This document shows positions 18,684-28,461 of a stretch of DNA of 64,000 bases, piece by piece. Under the pieces are notes generated by a model. The model ran no database searches, was not told where the DNA came from, and saw only the letters and a list, made by a program, of their open reading frames with translations. The stretch is from sequence record NZ_CP145916.1; one strand, written 5' to 3'. This stretch comes from a plasmid. Position 1 is the first letter of the stretch, and each line of letters begins with the position of its first letter. The position numbers and the translations under genes are program-made.

Positions 18684-19265
18684 TTACTTCGGTAACTGGT
18701 TATCGATGTACATATTGATACGGTAATCACGTAACTCTTGAGGTTCTCCACCATTAAGAACATCAATTTCATGTTGCGTGAGGCGATAGCCCGGCGTAGA
18801 GCAGTAACGCTGTTTTATCTGCAAATACTCAGAGCGTGTGGCTTTCTGACTTGCGCCACTCAGCATCCGGGAGTTTTCACCACAAAAACTCGGTGTCTGA
18901 GTAAAGGTGCCACGCGGGCCTTTTGCATAAGCAGAGTTAGCCACACTTGTCAGAAGTAAATCGGTGTATTTATCACGTTCGTCACCATAGCGCTTGCCTG
19001 TCGGATCATAAATCGCATATGGACTAACTAACGCATGTTCATACGCTGGTGGTGTCAGTGCTGCTCCACCACGGATAGTTCCATGCCATGTTTCTGTGTA
19101 CGTATAGCCACCGGGAATGTACATTTTCGGCGGGATGATCTGCGTGTAATTCACGTACTCATATTGCTGCCTTTCTTTCTCTTTACTGTCCGAACAACCC
19201 GACAGAAAGACTCCAGCCGCTACGATAGTCACTATCGACAGCTTTAGCCGATGACAATTTTTCAT
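18684..19265 (-). CDS. lipoprotein
   Basis: lipobox FLSGCSD. Confidence 0.5.
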   Translation of the reverse strand: MKNCHRLKLSIVTIVAAGVFLSGCSDSKEKERQQYEYVNYTQIIPPKMYIPGGYTYTETWHGTIRGGAALTPPAYEHALVSPYAIYDPTGKRYGDERDKYTDLLLTSVANSAYAKGPRGTFTQTPSFCGENSRMLSGASQKATRSEYLQIKQRYCSTPGYRLTQHEIDVLNGGEPQELRDYRINMYIDNQLPK

Positions 19266-19410
19266 TTAAGGTTCTCCCGTAAAAAAGCCGTTTCATTATC
19301 TAGTATTTGCTTATCAGGAAAAAACTTTTTCCCCGACAGATTGCGGCCTTTTTCCTTTAATAATTCGTACTCTTCTATTGTAAGGTGTCTCCATCAAACG
19401 GAGGCACCAC

Positions 19411-22089
19411 ATGTTCAATAGATTAAAGACGTTGTTTTCAGGTAAGAGAACACCGAAACCAACTGTTAACCAGATTATCATGCCCGCAGAGGTGGTCGAA
19501 GCGCTTACCGGAAGTGGTGACATCCTTCGCTACCCACCAGCTGAATTGGGTTTTCCGGCTCAAGTTCCGGGCTTTGCATTGCTGTCTTTGCAGGAAGAAA
19601 TCATTTCCAAAATAAAACGTGAATTGATGATCCGTGACGCAGAATATGATGAATACATTCAGCCGATGCTGACGAACTTCGCCAACTTTGTTCACCTGTT
19701 ACCTGCGTCTGAATTTCACCATCATCGTGCTCAAGGCGGGCTACTACGTCATACGCTTGAGGTGGTGCTTTATTCAATAAAAATCGCGAAAAGCTTCGAG
19801 TTTGATGCAAACGAGTCACCTGTTATCAAATCTGACAGGGCTTTAGCATGGCGTATTGCTGTTGTCGTGGGCGCGGTCATGCACGACATCGGCAAACCTA
19901 TCTCTGATGTCGATGTATGGGATAAATCCGGGGAAAAACACTGGATGCCTGCGGTTCATTGCCTCCATGAATGGGCCGAAACTGAAAAGATTGAGCGGTA
20001 CTTTATTTTCTGGAGATCGGATAGGCATGAGCGTCATCACAATACCAGCCTAACCAAAATGACTGACATTGTACCTAAATCGCTTTTGGCGTTCTTAATG
20101 CAGGAAGGGAACGACATTTATAACGAGCTCACCGAAGCACTCGCAGGCAGTAACTCGTTTCGCGCCGTAACTTCTCGCAATGAAACTGGGACAGTCTTCA
20201 AAAATAAAATCCATAAAATTGTTGCTCACGCAGACAGCCGCTCGGTTAAGCAAGACCTCCAGCGTTATTCCGGGGATGCCGTGCGTGCGTCTCAAACTGG
20301 TGTGCCGGTCATTGCCCGTATTGTCGATGCCATGCGTCTTCTGATCAAAAAGGAAGAGTGGAAACCCAATCAGGCAGGATCACCTCTCTGGGTGACTACG
20401 GAAGGGGTATTTATCGTCTGGGGAACTGCTGTTACTCCTATCATCAGTATAGTGAAAGAGTCTGGTATTAACGTACCACACTCAGCCGATAGCCTTGCCG
20501 ATATCATGCTGAACTATGGCCTCTGCGTGCTCAATTCCAATGACTCTGTTTACTGGCGTTTAGCGCCCCATATCCTTAACGATAAGATATCTCGCCAAAA
20601 CAAAGAACCGAAAAACGCCCTCAGCTGCATAAAGCTGGTTGACCCGGTTGTACTCTTTACTGATGACGTTATGCCTAACCCGACATCCTGCCGGATAAAA
20701 CTTGCGGATGGTTGGAAAGAATTTACCGGTGCGGGCTTAACCAAACAAAAGTCACAGCCAAGTCGCCCTTATGTTGGCGAAAAGCCTCCTGAGCGCGTGC
20801 TGAATGTTGACCCTGACATATTGAAGGGTGGTTCCCTGCCCCCTACTGATGACCTACCTCCTGATGGAACCGTTGTTAAACGCGGGACAGTGATTGAGCA
20901 AAAAAATATCGTCGATCATATGCTGCGTATGAACCTCCTTTCGCCAGAAAATGCAGCTGCAATCAAGTCCCGGAATGAAAACGAGGCAAAGGCTAAGGCC
21001 GAGTCTCAGGACGTTGAGGCAAGCCCAAAACCAGCAGAAACATCGGTTCCGGCTCCAGCCAAAGGAAAAGCAGAAGCAGAACTTTCAGATAAAAAGTCTC
21101 GCTCTCAAAATAAAAAGTCTGAAAAAGCAGCCTCTCCCGTCGCTGAAAAAGCTGTTCCTGAACAAACTGAGGATCAGGGTGAACTCTTCGGAATTGACAA
21201 CAGATACAACGACTACCCTCACGTCGATACTGATGAAGAGAATGATACCTATGACCTTATGGAACAGTACAACAACCAGACTCAGGAAGAACCACCTCTG
21301 ACCCTGCAAGAGAGAATGGCGCGTGCGGCCATCCAGAAACAATACGAGCAGGATGAAAGGAACATTAATCAGGATGGTGCCCCAAAAGAAAGTAGCTGGG
21401 AAAAAGCACGCGCCAAAATCCGGCAAGCTCAGGACATTACAGACGGTCATGCAGTTACGTCAGACACGTATCCACATACAGAATCAGCCGATGTTTCAGC
21501 CTTTATTGACGATGACCATCACTTCTCTGCCATGTTTAACGATGGCCCAGATGAAGCAAAACAGATCCTCAAAAGGCTGGTGAAAGAGCGAGCGGGTGAA
21601 CTCTTTGCTGATAATTATCATTTATTTGTTCACAAACAAAATGAACAAGACGAGCACGATTATACCGTTTTGGTTAATGCTGGTTGGGTATGGAAACCGT
21701 TTCTTGAGCCAATGGATAATTTCCAACTCTATAAATCAAAGCCGGGGTTTCTACTGAGACGCGGACTAAATGAGGACATTGATTATTTATCAGGCGGTAC
21801 ATACCTGAAAAGTATCTACCCTGTAGATCCAAATAAAAGTTATTGCACTGATAGCGCCTTATATCGCGCCATCGCTTCCTACGGTCTGCTTAAACAAACC
21901 TTTGATAATAAAGATGTGATTGCAATTAGCGGTTCAGCTATCAGAAACATGGCAAAGTCCCTGCGGATAGACACAGTAACTGTTCGCTTCCTGATTTGTT
22001 ACAACTTTGATTCAGTGAGCAAGCGTGGATCAGAGCATGTATTAGTGGATGAAAATATTAAACCTTACATGGTGGATTCTCATGAGTGA
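19411..22089 (+). CDS. traI: MOB-H family conjugative relaxase (TraI-like, HD-hydrolase domain)
   Basis: HHHRAQGGLLRHTLEV and MHDIGK (HD) motifs characteristic of R27/SXT-type relaxases; low-complexity acidic C-terminal region; immediately followed by the coupling protein gene. Confidence 0.8.
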   Translation: MFNRLKTLFSGKRTPKPTVNQIIMPAEVVEALTGSGDILRYPPAELGFPAQVPGFALLSLQEEIISKIKRELMIRDAEYDEYIQPMLTNFANFVHLLPASEFHHHRAQGGLLRHTLEVVLYSIKIAKSFEFDANESPVIKSDRALAWRIAVVVGAVMHDIGKPISDVDVWDKSGEKHWMPAVHCLHEWAETEKIERYFIFWRSDRHERHHNTSLTKMTDIVPKSLLAFLMQEGNDIYNELTEALAGSNSFRAVTSRNETGTVFKNKIHKIVAHADSRSVKQDLQRYSGDAVRASQTGVPVIARIVDAMRLLIKKEEWKPNQAGSPLWVTTEGVFIVWGTAVTPIISIVKESGINVPHSADSLADIMLNYGLCVLNSNDSVYWRLAPHILNDKISRQNKEPKNALSCIKLVDPVVLFTDDVMPNPTSCRIKLADGWKEFTGAGLTKQKSQPSRPYVGEKPPERVLNVDPDILKGGSLPPTDDLPPDGTVVKRGTVIEQKNIVDHMLRMNLLSPENAAAIKSRNENEAKAKAESQDVEASPKPAETSVPAPAKGKAEAELSDKKSRSQNKKSEKAASPVAEKAVPEQTEDQGELFGIDNRYNDYPHVDTDEENDTYDLMEQYNNQTQEEPPLTLQERMARAAIQKQYEQDERNINQDGAPKESSWEKARAKIRQAQDITDGHAVTSDTYPHTESADVSAFIDDDHHFSAMFNDGPDEAKQILKRLVKERAGELFADNYHLFVHKQNEQDEHDYTVLVNAGWVWKPFLEPMDNFQLYKSKPGFLLRRGLNEDIDYLSGGTYLKSIYPVDPNKSYCTDSALYRAIASYGLLKQTFDNKDVIAISGSAIRNMAKSLRIDTVTVRFLICYNFDSVSKRGSEHVLVDENIKPYMVDSHE

Positions 22090-24049
22090 GTGGAAATACA
22101 ACATGCCTTGGCGTCCTAACTACGAGGCATTTGAAGTCGCCGGTTGGTCTGCTGGTATAGCAAGTTCCTTGGCGGTAAATGCCTTTTTTGATATGCCATC
22201 TCTCCCCTGCTATATGGCCGTTGCAGTCCAAGCCGCTTATGGTATTCGTGCTTTGCCGGATGCCTATTACGTGTATAAGCACAAACGTCGCTTAGCGAAG
22301 AAGCCAGATGTATTAATCATGAGAATTGAGCAAATCATTGATGCAATGATTAAGTATCCAGATTGCTATATTTTCGGTAAGGGTTTTCAGTGGGGGCAGA
22401 ATGAAGGGCAATCTGCATTTGAACTATTAAAGCGTGATATCAAGAAACTGACAGCCAAGACCGATGATGACTTTATGGGCCTGGGCTGGATTCATCAAGT
22501 CGGCTCTGACAATGATTATGTCCGTACCGTTGAAAACTTATTATCACTGCACACACTGATAACCGGAACAACGGGTTCAGGTAAAACAACGTATTATAAA
22601 CTCATCATTCTCCAAGCTGCATTGAAGAGACAGCCACTCGTTATGGTTGACCCAAAAAATGATGAAGCCTTAGCTCAATGGATGGAAATGTGTTTGTCGT
22701 TCGTTAACCGTGCGGAAAAGCTAAACTATTTTTCACTGGCCCATCCTGAGAAATCAGTGCGCATCTCACCTATCACCAACTTCACTCGATCCGGCGAGGT
22801 CGCGAACCGTATCATCTCCGTTATTCAACGCGGTGACTCGACCAGTGACCCATTTATTTCATTCGCCACCATGTCTTTAACCAGCATTCTCGAAATGATG
22901 AAGATGTGCGAAATCAAGCCAACGCTAAAAAGCCTCAAAACACAATTAGGCTCAAACATTACGGCGCTGGCGGAGCTCGTTACTCAGGCCATCACAAAGG
23001 TAGGCCGCGAAGTTCTTCCTCATGGCATGTTTGATAGCGTGCTGGCCGGAAAGAAAAGCCGTATGAGCGGGAAGGTTGTTGACTCCGTTTCTATTGCAAA
23101 ACTGTGTGCTGAAATCTACATGGATGATATCCGGCACAACAAAGCGTTCCCGGACATTGAAGCGGGTATTGATACCCTGAGTCATAACCGCGAACACTTC
23201 CAGAAGATGATCCTGAACGTCATGCCCATCCTGTCCCAGTTAACAACTGGTTTTATGGGCGATTTACTGTCTCCTGATACCTTCGACCCTGATCAGATGG
23301 AAGATGACCGACCTATCGCCAATGTGCGCGAAATTATCAGCACCAACGGCATGTTATATCTTGGCCTTGACGCCCTTGCTGACGGTGACACTGCTGCGGC
23401 GGTGGGCTCAATTTTCCTGTCAGATATCACCAGCGTGGCATCCGAAATATATAACTTTATGCAGCCACGAGGCGAAGATATTGCTAACGTCATCATCCTG
23501 ATCGATGAGGCCGCTGAGGTCATTAATGATCAGGTCATCAAGATGCTGAACAAATCGCGTGGCGCTGGGTTCTGTATGTTCATCGCTTCACAGGGTACGT
23601 CTGACTTTGAGGCCCGTTTAGGCTCTGAGGCAAAGATGGAACAAATCATCGTCAATACCAACCACTTTACTGCATTGCGAACTCCAGCCCCCAAAGCACA
23701 AAAGGCAATCATGGAGCGCGTCCCACTGACTAAATTCAAATACATCATGCGCGGCCACGGCTCTAGTTCAGGTACTGACCCTGAGCAAATCACGGGCAGT
23801 ATCGGTGAGCGCCTGATGGAAGAAGAAAGCGAAATGTTCCCCGCCCCGCTTTTAGGATGGCTTCCAAACCTCGAGTTTTTCGCTCTCAATCAGGCGAAAG
23901 TGATTATTAAGGGAAAAGTACCGATTTTAACCAAGCCAAAAGATGAGAACGAAATAAAAAGAATAAAGGCTAAAGCAGCGAAATTTCAGGCTGTTTACGA
24001 GAAAAAAGTCCGTGGCGAAAAAGTTCGCTCAAAATTAGCAAACGCGTAA
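22082..24049 (+). CDS. traD: type IV coupling protein (TraD/TraG family ATPase)
   Basis: two N-terminal TM helices; Walker A GTTGSGKTT; Walker B ILIDEA; ATGA overlap with relaxase stop. Confidence 0.8.
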   Translation: MSEWKYNMPWRPNYEAFEVAGWSAGIASSLAVNAFFDMPSLPCYMAVAVQAAYGIRALPDAYYVYKHKRRLAKKPDVLIMRIEQIIDAMIKYPDCYIFGKGFQWGQNEGQSAFELLKRDIKKLTAKTDDDFMGLGWIHQVGSDNDYVRTVENLLSLHTLITGTTGSGKTTYYKLIILQAALKRQPLVMVDPKNDEALAQWMEMCLSFVNRAEKLNYFSLAHPEKSVRISPITNFTRSGEVANRIISVIQRGDSTSDPFISFATMSLTSILEMMKMCEIKPTLKSLKTQLGSNITALAELVTQAITKVGREVLPHGMFDSVLAGKKSRMSGKVVDSVSIAKLCAEIYMDDIRHNKAFPDIEAGIDTLSHNREHFQKMILNVMPILSQLTTGFMGDLLSPDTFDPDQMEDDRPIANVREIISTNGMLYLGLDALADGDTAAAVGSIFLSDITSVASEIYNFMQPRGEDIANVIILIDEAAEVINDQVIKMLNKSRGAGFCMFIASQGTSDFEARLGSEAKMEQIIVNTNHFTALRTPAPKAQKAIMERVPLTKFKYIMRGHGSSSGTDPEQITGSIGERLMEEESEMFPAPLLGWLPNLEFFALNQAKVIIKGKVPILTKPKDENEIKRIKAKAAKFQAVYEKKVRGEKVRSKLANA

Positions 24050-24061
24050 GGCGCAGATAAA

Positions 24062-24439
24062 ATGATCAAACTAAAAACACTTTTTCGCTCTAAAGACGAC
24101 GTTGCAGCTTATGAGGGGCTTGTGCTCATTTGGCCTTGCGCAGACAAAATATCTTCTCAATTAGCATCATTGCTAACGGAGAGCAAACATCAAGAAGGAT
24201 TACTCCACGTTGTTCAGAATGCAATTTCCGCGTACCACCAGCCATACCCATTCTATATGACCGATTGGGAGCGCCTTGCTGTTTACCTTATTGTGACAAT
24301 CAATTTCGTCACCGAATGTTTTGCAGGGAAAAAGTCGTTTCATGACATCGTTGAATCATGCTCAATGCCTCGAAGAATGACCTCTGCATTTATTGAGGAT
24401 ACCGCATTAAAACTGTCGATGGAGTTGGAACATGCTTGA
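24062..24439 (+). CDS. hypothetical protein
   Basis: ORF directly downstream of T4CP, overlaps next gene by 8 nt. Confidence 0.45.
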   Translation: MIKLKTLFRSKDDVAAYEGLVLIWPCADKISSQLASLLTESKHQEGLLHVVQNAISAYHQPYPFYMTDWERLAVYLIVTINFVTECFAGKKSFHDIVESCSMPRRMTSAFIEDTALKLSMELEHA

Positions 24440-25091
24440 TCAGTTAAAAGATGATAAGTGGCCTATATCCTTTAAGGGACTAATGATGTGGGCTACGGGG
24501 ATATGGCTTGTCGTTATGTTTTTTGTCCCTGCGTCTTTTGTCTACCAAAATATGACAAAGGAAATCGAGTGGGGCCAGAAGATGATTGGCACCACTGAAT
24601 TTCCTGATGTTATGAGAACGACCAATGCCCGGTACAAATATTTTTTCATTGATACTGGTATCGACTCAGCGTTGAAAAATTACTACAAGCCCATCAAAGC
24701 CAAAACCAATACAGGGGATGCGTTAAATAAAATCGGGGATATGGCTGTGCCTTTCTTCACTAACGGGGCAAAAGTGTTTAACTATCTTTTGTACATCATG
24801 ACGTACCGGTTAAGCCTCATTATGTATTGGATCCCCTTCCTTATCGTGGTAGGTGTCCCGTCTATTTTTGCCGGAACGATGAAATGGATGTCTAAGCGCT
24901 ATACGTTTGCGTATTCGTCTCCATTTTTTAACCGTCGAAGCCTAACGATGATCGGGTGGGGTATTTTTTCCATGCTACTTTCACTGTTCATTCCGTTCCC
25001 CATCCCACCGATGATAGGGGCTGTAGTGCTGATTGTTGCGATGCCAATCGCCTTTATCCTGCTTATCAGTAACCTGCCAAAACGCATCTAA
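24432..25091 (+). CDS. polytopic membrane protein (TraJ-like position next to relaxase/T4CP)
   Basis: 4 TM helices; synteny with the traI-traG-traJ arrangement of H-type plasmids. Confidence 0.4.
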   Translation: MLDQLKDDKWPISFKGLMMWATGIWLVVMFFVPASFVYQNMTKEIEWGQKMIGTTEFPDVMRTTNARYKYFFIDTGIDSALKNYYKPIKAKTNTGDALNKIGDMAVPFFTNGAKVFNYLLYIMTYRLSLIMYWIPFLIVVGVPSIFAGTMKWMSKRYTFAYSSPFFNRRSLTMIGWGIFSMLLSLFIPFPIPPMIGAVVLIVAMPIAFILLISNLPKRI

Positions 25092-25123
25092 ACTGCATCA
25101 AAAAAACACATTTTAAAAAAACA

Positions 25124-25155
25124 GAGAAAACAGGGCAAAACGTCCTGTTTTTTCT
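25124..25155 (+). promoter_or_regulatory. regulon box GAGAAAACAGGGCAAAACGTCCTGTTTTTTCT 50-80 nt upstream of the traL-containing operon
   Basis: 21-nt GCAAAACGTCCTGTTTTTTCT identical to the minus-strand sequence at 38119-38149. Confidence 0.5.
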
Positions 25156-25203
25156 TACGGGAAAGCTTGTGTTGTTTGATAGATTACCCGCAAAGGGGGA
25201 TTT

Positions 25204-25494
25204 ATGTCTGAAACAAAAGCTTATCTGCTGTCTGCGGGTGTCAGCCTGACGTGTTCAATGCTGCTTTTTGCTGCCTTTTCATATTCAGATAATTCAAAGC
25301 AAATTCAGTCTCTGGCAGAGAAATCAAGACAACCTGTGTACTTGATAAATCAAGAAAAAATGAATAAAGAGATGGCCGTGATCATGCTTCCCATGCTGCA
25401 AAAACAGCATCAGGAAGAAGAAGCCAGAACCAAGATTAAGAAGCCTACAACGGTTTACGCGCCTGAACAGCTACAAAACTCAAGAGGCTATTAA
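25204..25494 (+). CDS. small membrane protein
   Basis: GGGGG SD; one TM helix. Confidence 0.4.
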   Translation: MSETKAYLLSAGVSLTCSMLLFAAFSYSDNSKQIQSLAEKSRQPVYLINQEKMNKEMAVIMLPMLQKQHQEEEARTKIKKPTTVYAPEQLQNSRGY

Positions 25495-26340
25495 ATGAGC
25501 AATAAAAAATCCATAAAAAATGCGGTCATTTTCGGTGTCCCGCTGGCTATTTTGATAGGGACTGCATCATATATCGCCTATAACGTCCACGAACAAGGCA
25601 AGGCGCTTAACGACGTTGCGTTTATGGTCGATAAAAATCAGTCTATTGTCACGAGCAGAGAGCAGTTGAACGAGCAGTTCCAAAACTATATTGCGGCTGG
25701 TGGCTTGAAGGTCGAGAGTGCTTCAACTCCCACCAACGGCGCATCATTAGGACGTGCGAAAAATACCTATGATTACGTTCCCTCCCCATCGGAAGAGCGT
25801 ATTTACGGCAACCCTGATGCTCAATTTTATATCATCGAATACTCAGATTATGAATGTCCTTACTGCAAAGAGCATTTCCCTCAGATGATGGATCTGGTCG
25901 ATTCATCATCCGGGAATATCGCAATGGTCTTTAAGCATGTACCCGTTCACGGACAAGCCTCTCAGGTAGAAGCACTTGCCGCTGAATGCGCAGCAGAGCA
26001 AAGCGGTAATCCGGGTTTTTACAAGTTATCCCGTGCCATTTTTGAAAGCTCTCAATCAGATGGCCGTGGTTTATCTACGCCGTTAGATATACTGGCAGAA
26101 CGCAACGGTTTCGATGCTAAACGACTTATTGAATGCGTCAATCAGGCTCGTCCAGCCAAAAAGATTGGCGCTGATATTAAAGAGGCGCAAGGGCTTAACA
26201 TTCAACAAACCCCGACCACTATCGTCGTACATGGTGATCAGTCTGCGATGGTGCAAGGCATGGTTAATGGTACTGGGCTTATGCAAATGATGGCTCAGCT
26301 CGCTGGGGGCGGTACAGCTGGGCAAGACCGTAGTAACTGA
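25495..26340 (+). CDS. thioredoxin-fold oxidoreductase, paralogue of the 17747-18655 DsbA-like protein (CPYC)
   Basis: YSDYECPYCKEHF active site; same domain order as the 302-aa DsbA-like protein. Confidence 0.6.
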   Translation: MSNKKSIKNAVIFGVPLAILIGTASYIAYNVHEQGKALNDVAFMVDKNQSIVTSREQLNEQFQNYIAAGGLKVESASTPTNGASLGRAKNTYDYVPSPSEERIYGNPDAQFYIIEYSDYECPYCKEHFPQMMDLVDSSSGNIAMVFKHVPVHGQASQVEALAAECAAEQSGNPGFYKLSRAIFESSQSDGRGLSTPLDILAERNGFDAKRLIECVNQARPAKKIGADIKEAQGLNIQQTPTTIVVHGDQSAMVQGMVNGTGLMQMMAQLAGGGTAGQDRSN

Positions 26341-26396
26341 TGTGAATGCTTTCAAGCATTGAATTATGTGGTGTTCAATTAATTTTGGAGCAGTGA

Positions 26397-26681
26397 ATGG
26401 AACCAATCAAGATTTCACATTCTGTAGATGACCCTCAGAAGATATTTTTCTGGACTATCGACGAAGCTTTGCCTTTCTTCTTTTTCCTGATGCTTGGGAT
26501 CTTCACTGGCCGAATCCTGACGTTCGTCATTATCGGCATTGTGATTACCCGGTACTACGGTAGTTTTTTGCAGCGTGCATCTGAAAATTACTTTTTACAC
26601 CTGTGCTACTGGAACCTCGGCGTTTCTTTCGGAAAAAGCACGATTGTACCTAACTCTTTTGAACGGGAATTTGTTGTATGA
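26397..26681 (+). CDS. traL: TraL-family pilus assembly protein
   Basis: 94 aa, central TM helix, YWNLG motif resembling F TraL YWYMP; first gene of LEKBV block. Confidence 0.6.
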   Translation: MEPIKISHSVDDPQKIFFWTIDEALPFFFFLMLGIFTGRILTFVIIGIVITRYYGSFLQRASENYFLHLCYWNLGVSFGKSTIVPNSFEREFVV

Positions 26682-27295
26682 AAACACAGGCATTTAAAAA
26701 AGGTCTTCTACAGATGACCGCTGAGATTTCGACCCTGAAATGGGTCGTGTTAGGCTTATTGGGTGTGGTGGTAATTCTTTCGGCAACGCTTATGTCCCGT
26801 TCTCAGGTCGTCACTATCGTACCTCCGAACCTGACACAAACTGCGTGGCTGGATGAACATGCTGCTTCCGCGCCGTATATGAGCGCGTGGGCGGTTTATG
26901 TTGCTCAGTCTCTAGGTAATGCAAACCCTTCATCGGTCAACATGGTGAAAGAGTCTATTGGGCCGTTCCTTGATGCGAAGATTTACAACGAAATGATGAA
27001 GCGTATTGATGACCAGATTGATCAGATTAAACGCGACCGTATCAGTCTGTATTTTACGCCTAATCGTGTCATCACCGACCCTGCCGCTCCCGGAACCTTT
27101 TTTGTGGAAGGTAATCAGGGACTGGAAGGTATTACAGGTCAGCCCGTAGTTAAGCTAATGACTTTTCAGATTAATGTGGATATTAAGGGGTATCGTCCGG
27201 TCATCACTTACGTGAACATCAAGCAAGGAAAGGCTGTTTTGCCTTCCGAAGCGGCGAAACGCGGTGGTAAAGGCAATACCTCGGGGGAAAAATAA
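26678..27295 (+). CDS. traE: TraE-family pilus assembly protein
   Basis: N-terminal TM anchor, size and position (after traL, ATGA overlap). Confidence 0.65.
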   Translation: MKTQAFKKGLLQMTAEISTLKWVVLGLLGVVVILSATLMSRSQVVTIVPPNLTQTAWLDEHAASAPYMSAWAVYVAQSLGNANPSSVNMVKESIGPFLDAKIYNEMMKRIDDQIDQIKRDRISLYFTPNRVITDPAAPGTFFVEGNQGLEGITGQPVVKLMTFQINVDIKGYRPVITYVNIKQGKAVLPSEAAKRGGKGNTSGEK

Positions 27296-28461
27296 TGAAA
27301 TTACCAGTTAAGTCATCACTGGCTATGATCGTGTCTTTGGTCATTGCAGGCTCAGCCATAGCCGAAGATTTAAACGGTTTTGGCTTGCCTTTTGCTGATA
27401 ATTCTGTGGGGGAACAGCAAAGTGGTTCTGAGAAAACAACGCTCTCCATTGATGAGGGCATTGTTTTAGGTAACGCTCAACCAAGCAATAAGCCGGTTGT
27501 TGTGCCTGCCGGTAAACCTGTTGTTAGCAACGCTAATACCAATGCTGGCCGTGGCAATCATACTGCTACGGCTGGCGCGTCTCGTAACTCTAATCGCAGA
27601 GACAATCCGGCTGTTGATGGGGTTAATATTCAGGCTGTTCAAAACAAAATTGTTGAACCTATCAAACTCACCGATGATGTTATCCCGTCGCGTCAGGACA
27701 TCATTGTAGAGCCGGGAGTGAATACGTTAATCCCTATCTCAATGGGTCAAATTAACCGTATCGTTACTCCGTTTGAGCGCCCTACCATCCAGCGGTTGCA
27801 GCTCGATGATGTGAAGGTCAATGTCGAAGGCAACGCGGTTTATGTTTATACGCCAAACTCTCGTCCAGTCGCGCTGTACATCAGTGAGAAAGGCGATGAA
27901 AGCGTGTCTATCTCTGTCTCTCTTGTGCCTCAGCGTATCGCCCCGGTGCAAGCCACGCTGATGCTCTCTCGCAAATTAAACAATGCGGCTGTAGCTGGTG
28001 GCGGAGTGTCACCCATAATGTATGGCGGAAGCGAAGCGAAAGCTAAAAAATGGGAACAGAAGGATAGCTATGTAGAGACGGTCAGAAACATTCTCCGTAC
28101 CGTGGCGTTAGGTGACATCCCCCCCGGTTATGCACTGGGGAATCTCACCTCTTCCGTAAGTATCCCTAACTGTAATTTCAATACCGGCACTGTGCAGGAC
28201 TACATCCGCTACAACTTTAACGGCGGGCAGTACATTAATGGCAGTCAGTTCAGTGTCATTGTTGGTATTGCACAAAACACGGGCCCAACGACTGTTACCG
28301 TTGATGAATCACTCTGTACTCACCCACAAATGGCCGCTCGTGCATTGTGGAGCCGTAATACGCTTGCTCCGGGTCAAAAGACAGAAGCCTATTTTGTCCT
28401 GCGAAATGGTCAACAACAAGTACGTGTTGATGACGGTGCTCGTCCTAAGTTAGCGGAGTGA
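27295..28461 (+). CDS. traK: TraK-family secretin-like protein
   Basis: signal peptide, size, synteny. Confidence 0.6.
   Translation: MKLPVKSSLAMIVSLVIAGSAIAEDLNGFGLPFADNSVGEQQSGSEKTTLSIDEGIVLGNAQPSNKPVVVPAGKPVVSNANTNAGRGNHTATAGASRNSNRRDNPAVDGVNIQAVQNKIVEPIKLTDDVIPSRQDIIVEPGVNTLIPISMGQINRIVTPFERPTIQRLQLDDVKVNVEGNAVYVYTPNSRPVALYISEKGDESVSISVSLVPQRIAPVQATLMLSRKLNNAAVAGGGVSPIMYGGSEAKAKKWEQKDSYVETVRNILRTVALGDIPPGYALGNLTSSVSIPNCNFNTGTVQDYIRYNFNGGQYINGSQFSVIVGIAQNTGPTTVTVDESLCTHPQMAARALWSRNTLAPGQKTEAYFVLRNGQQQVRVDDGARPKLAE

Noticed and set aside
19266-19410. GGAAAAAACTTTTTCC near-palindrome upstream of the relaxase gene as oriT nick region
   Set aside because: Single short palindrome without flanking repeats; MOB-H oriTs are usually distant from traI. 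Insufficient evidence; the 38052-38615 region is the better candidate.
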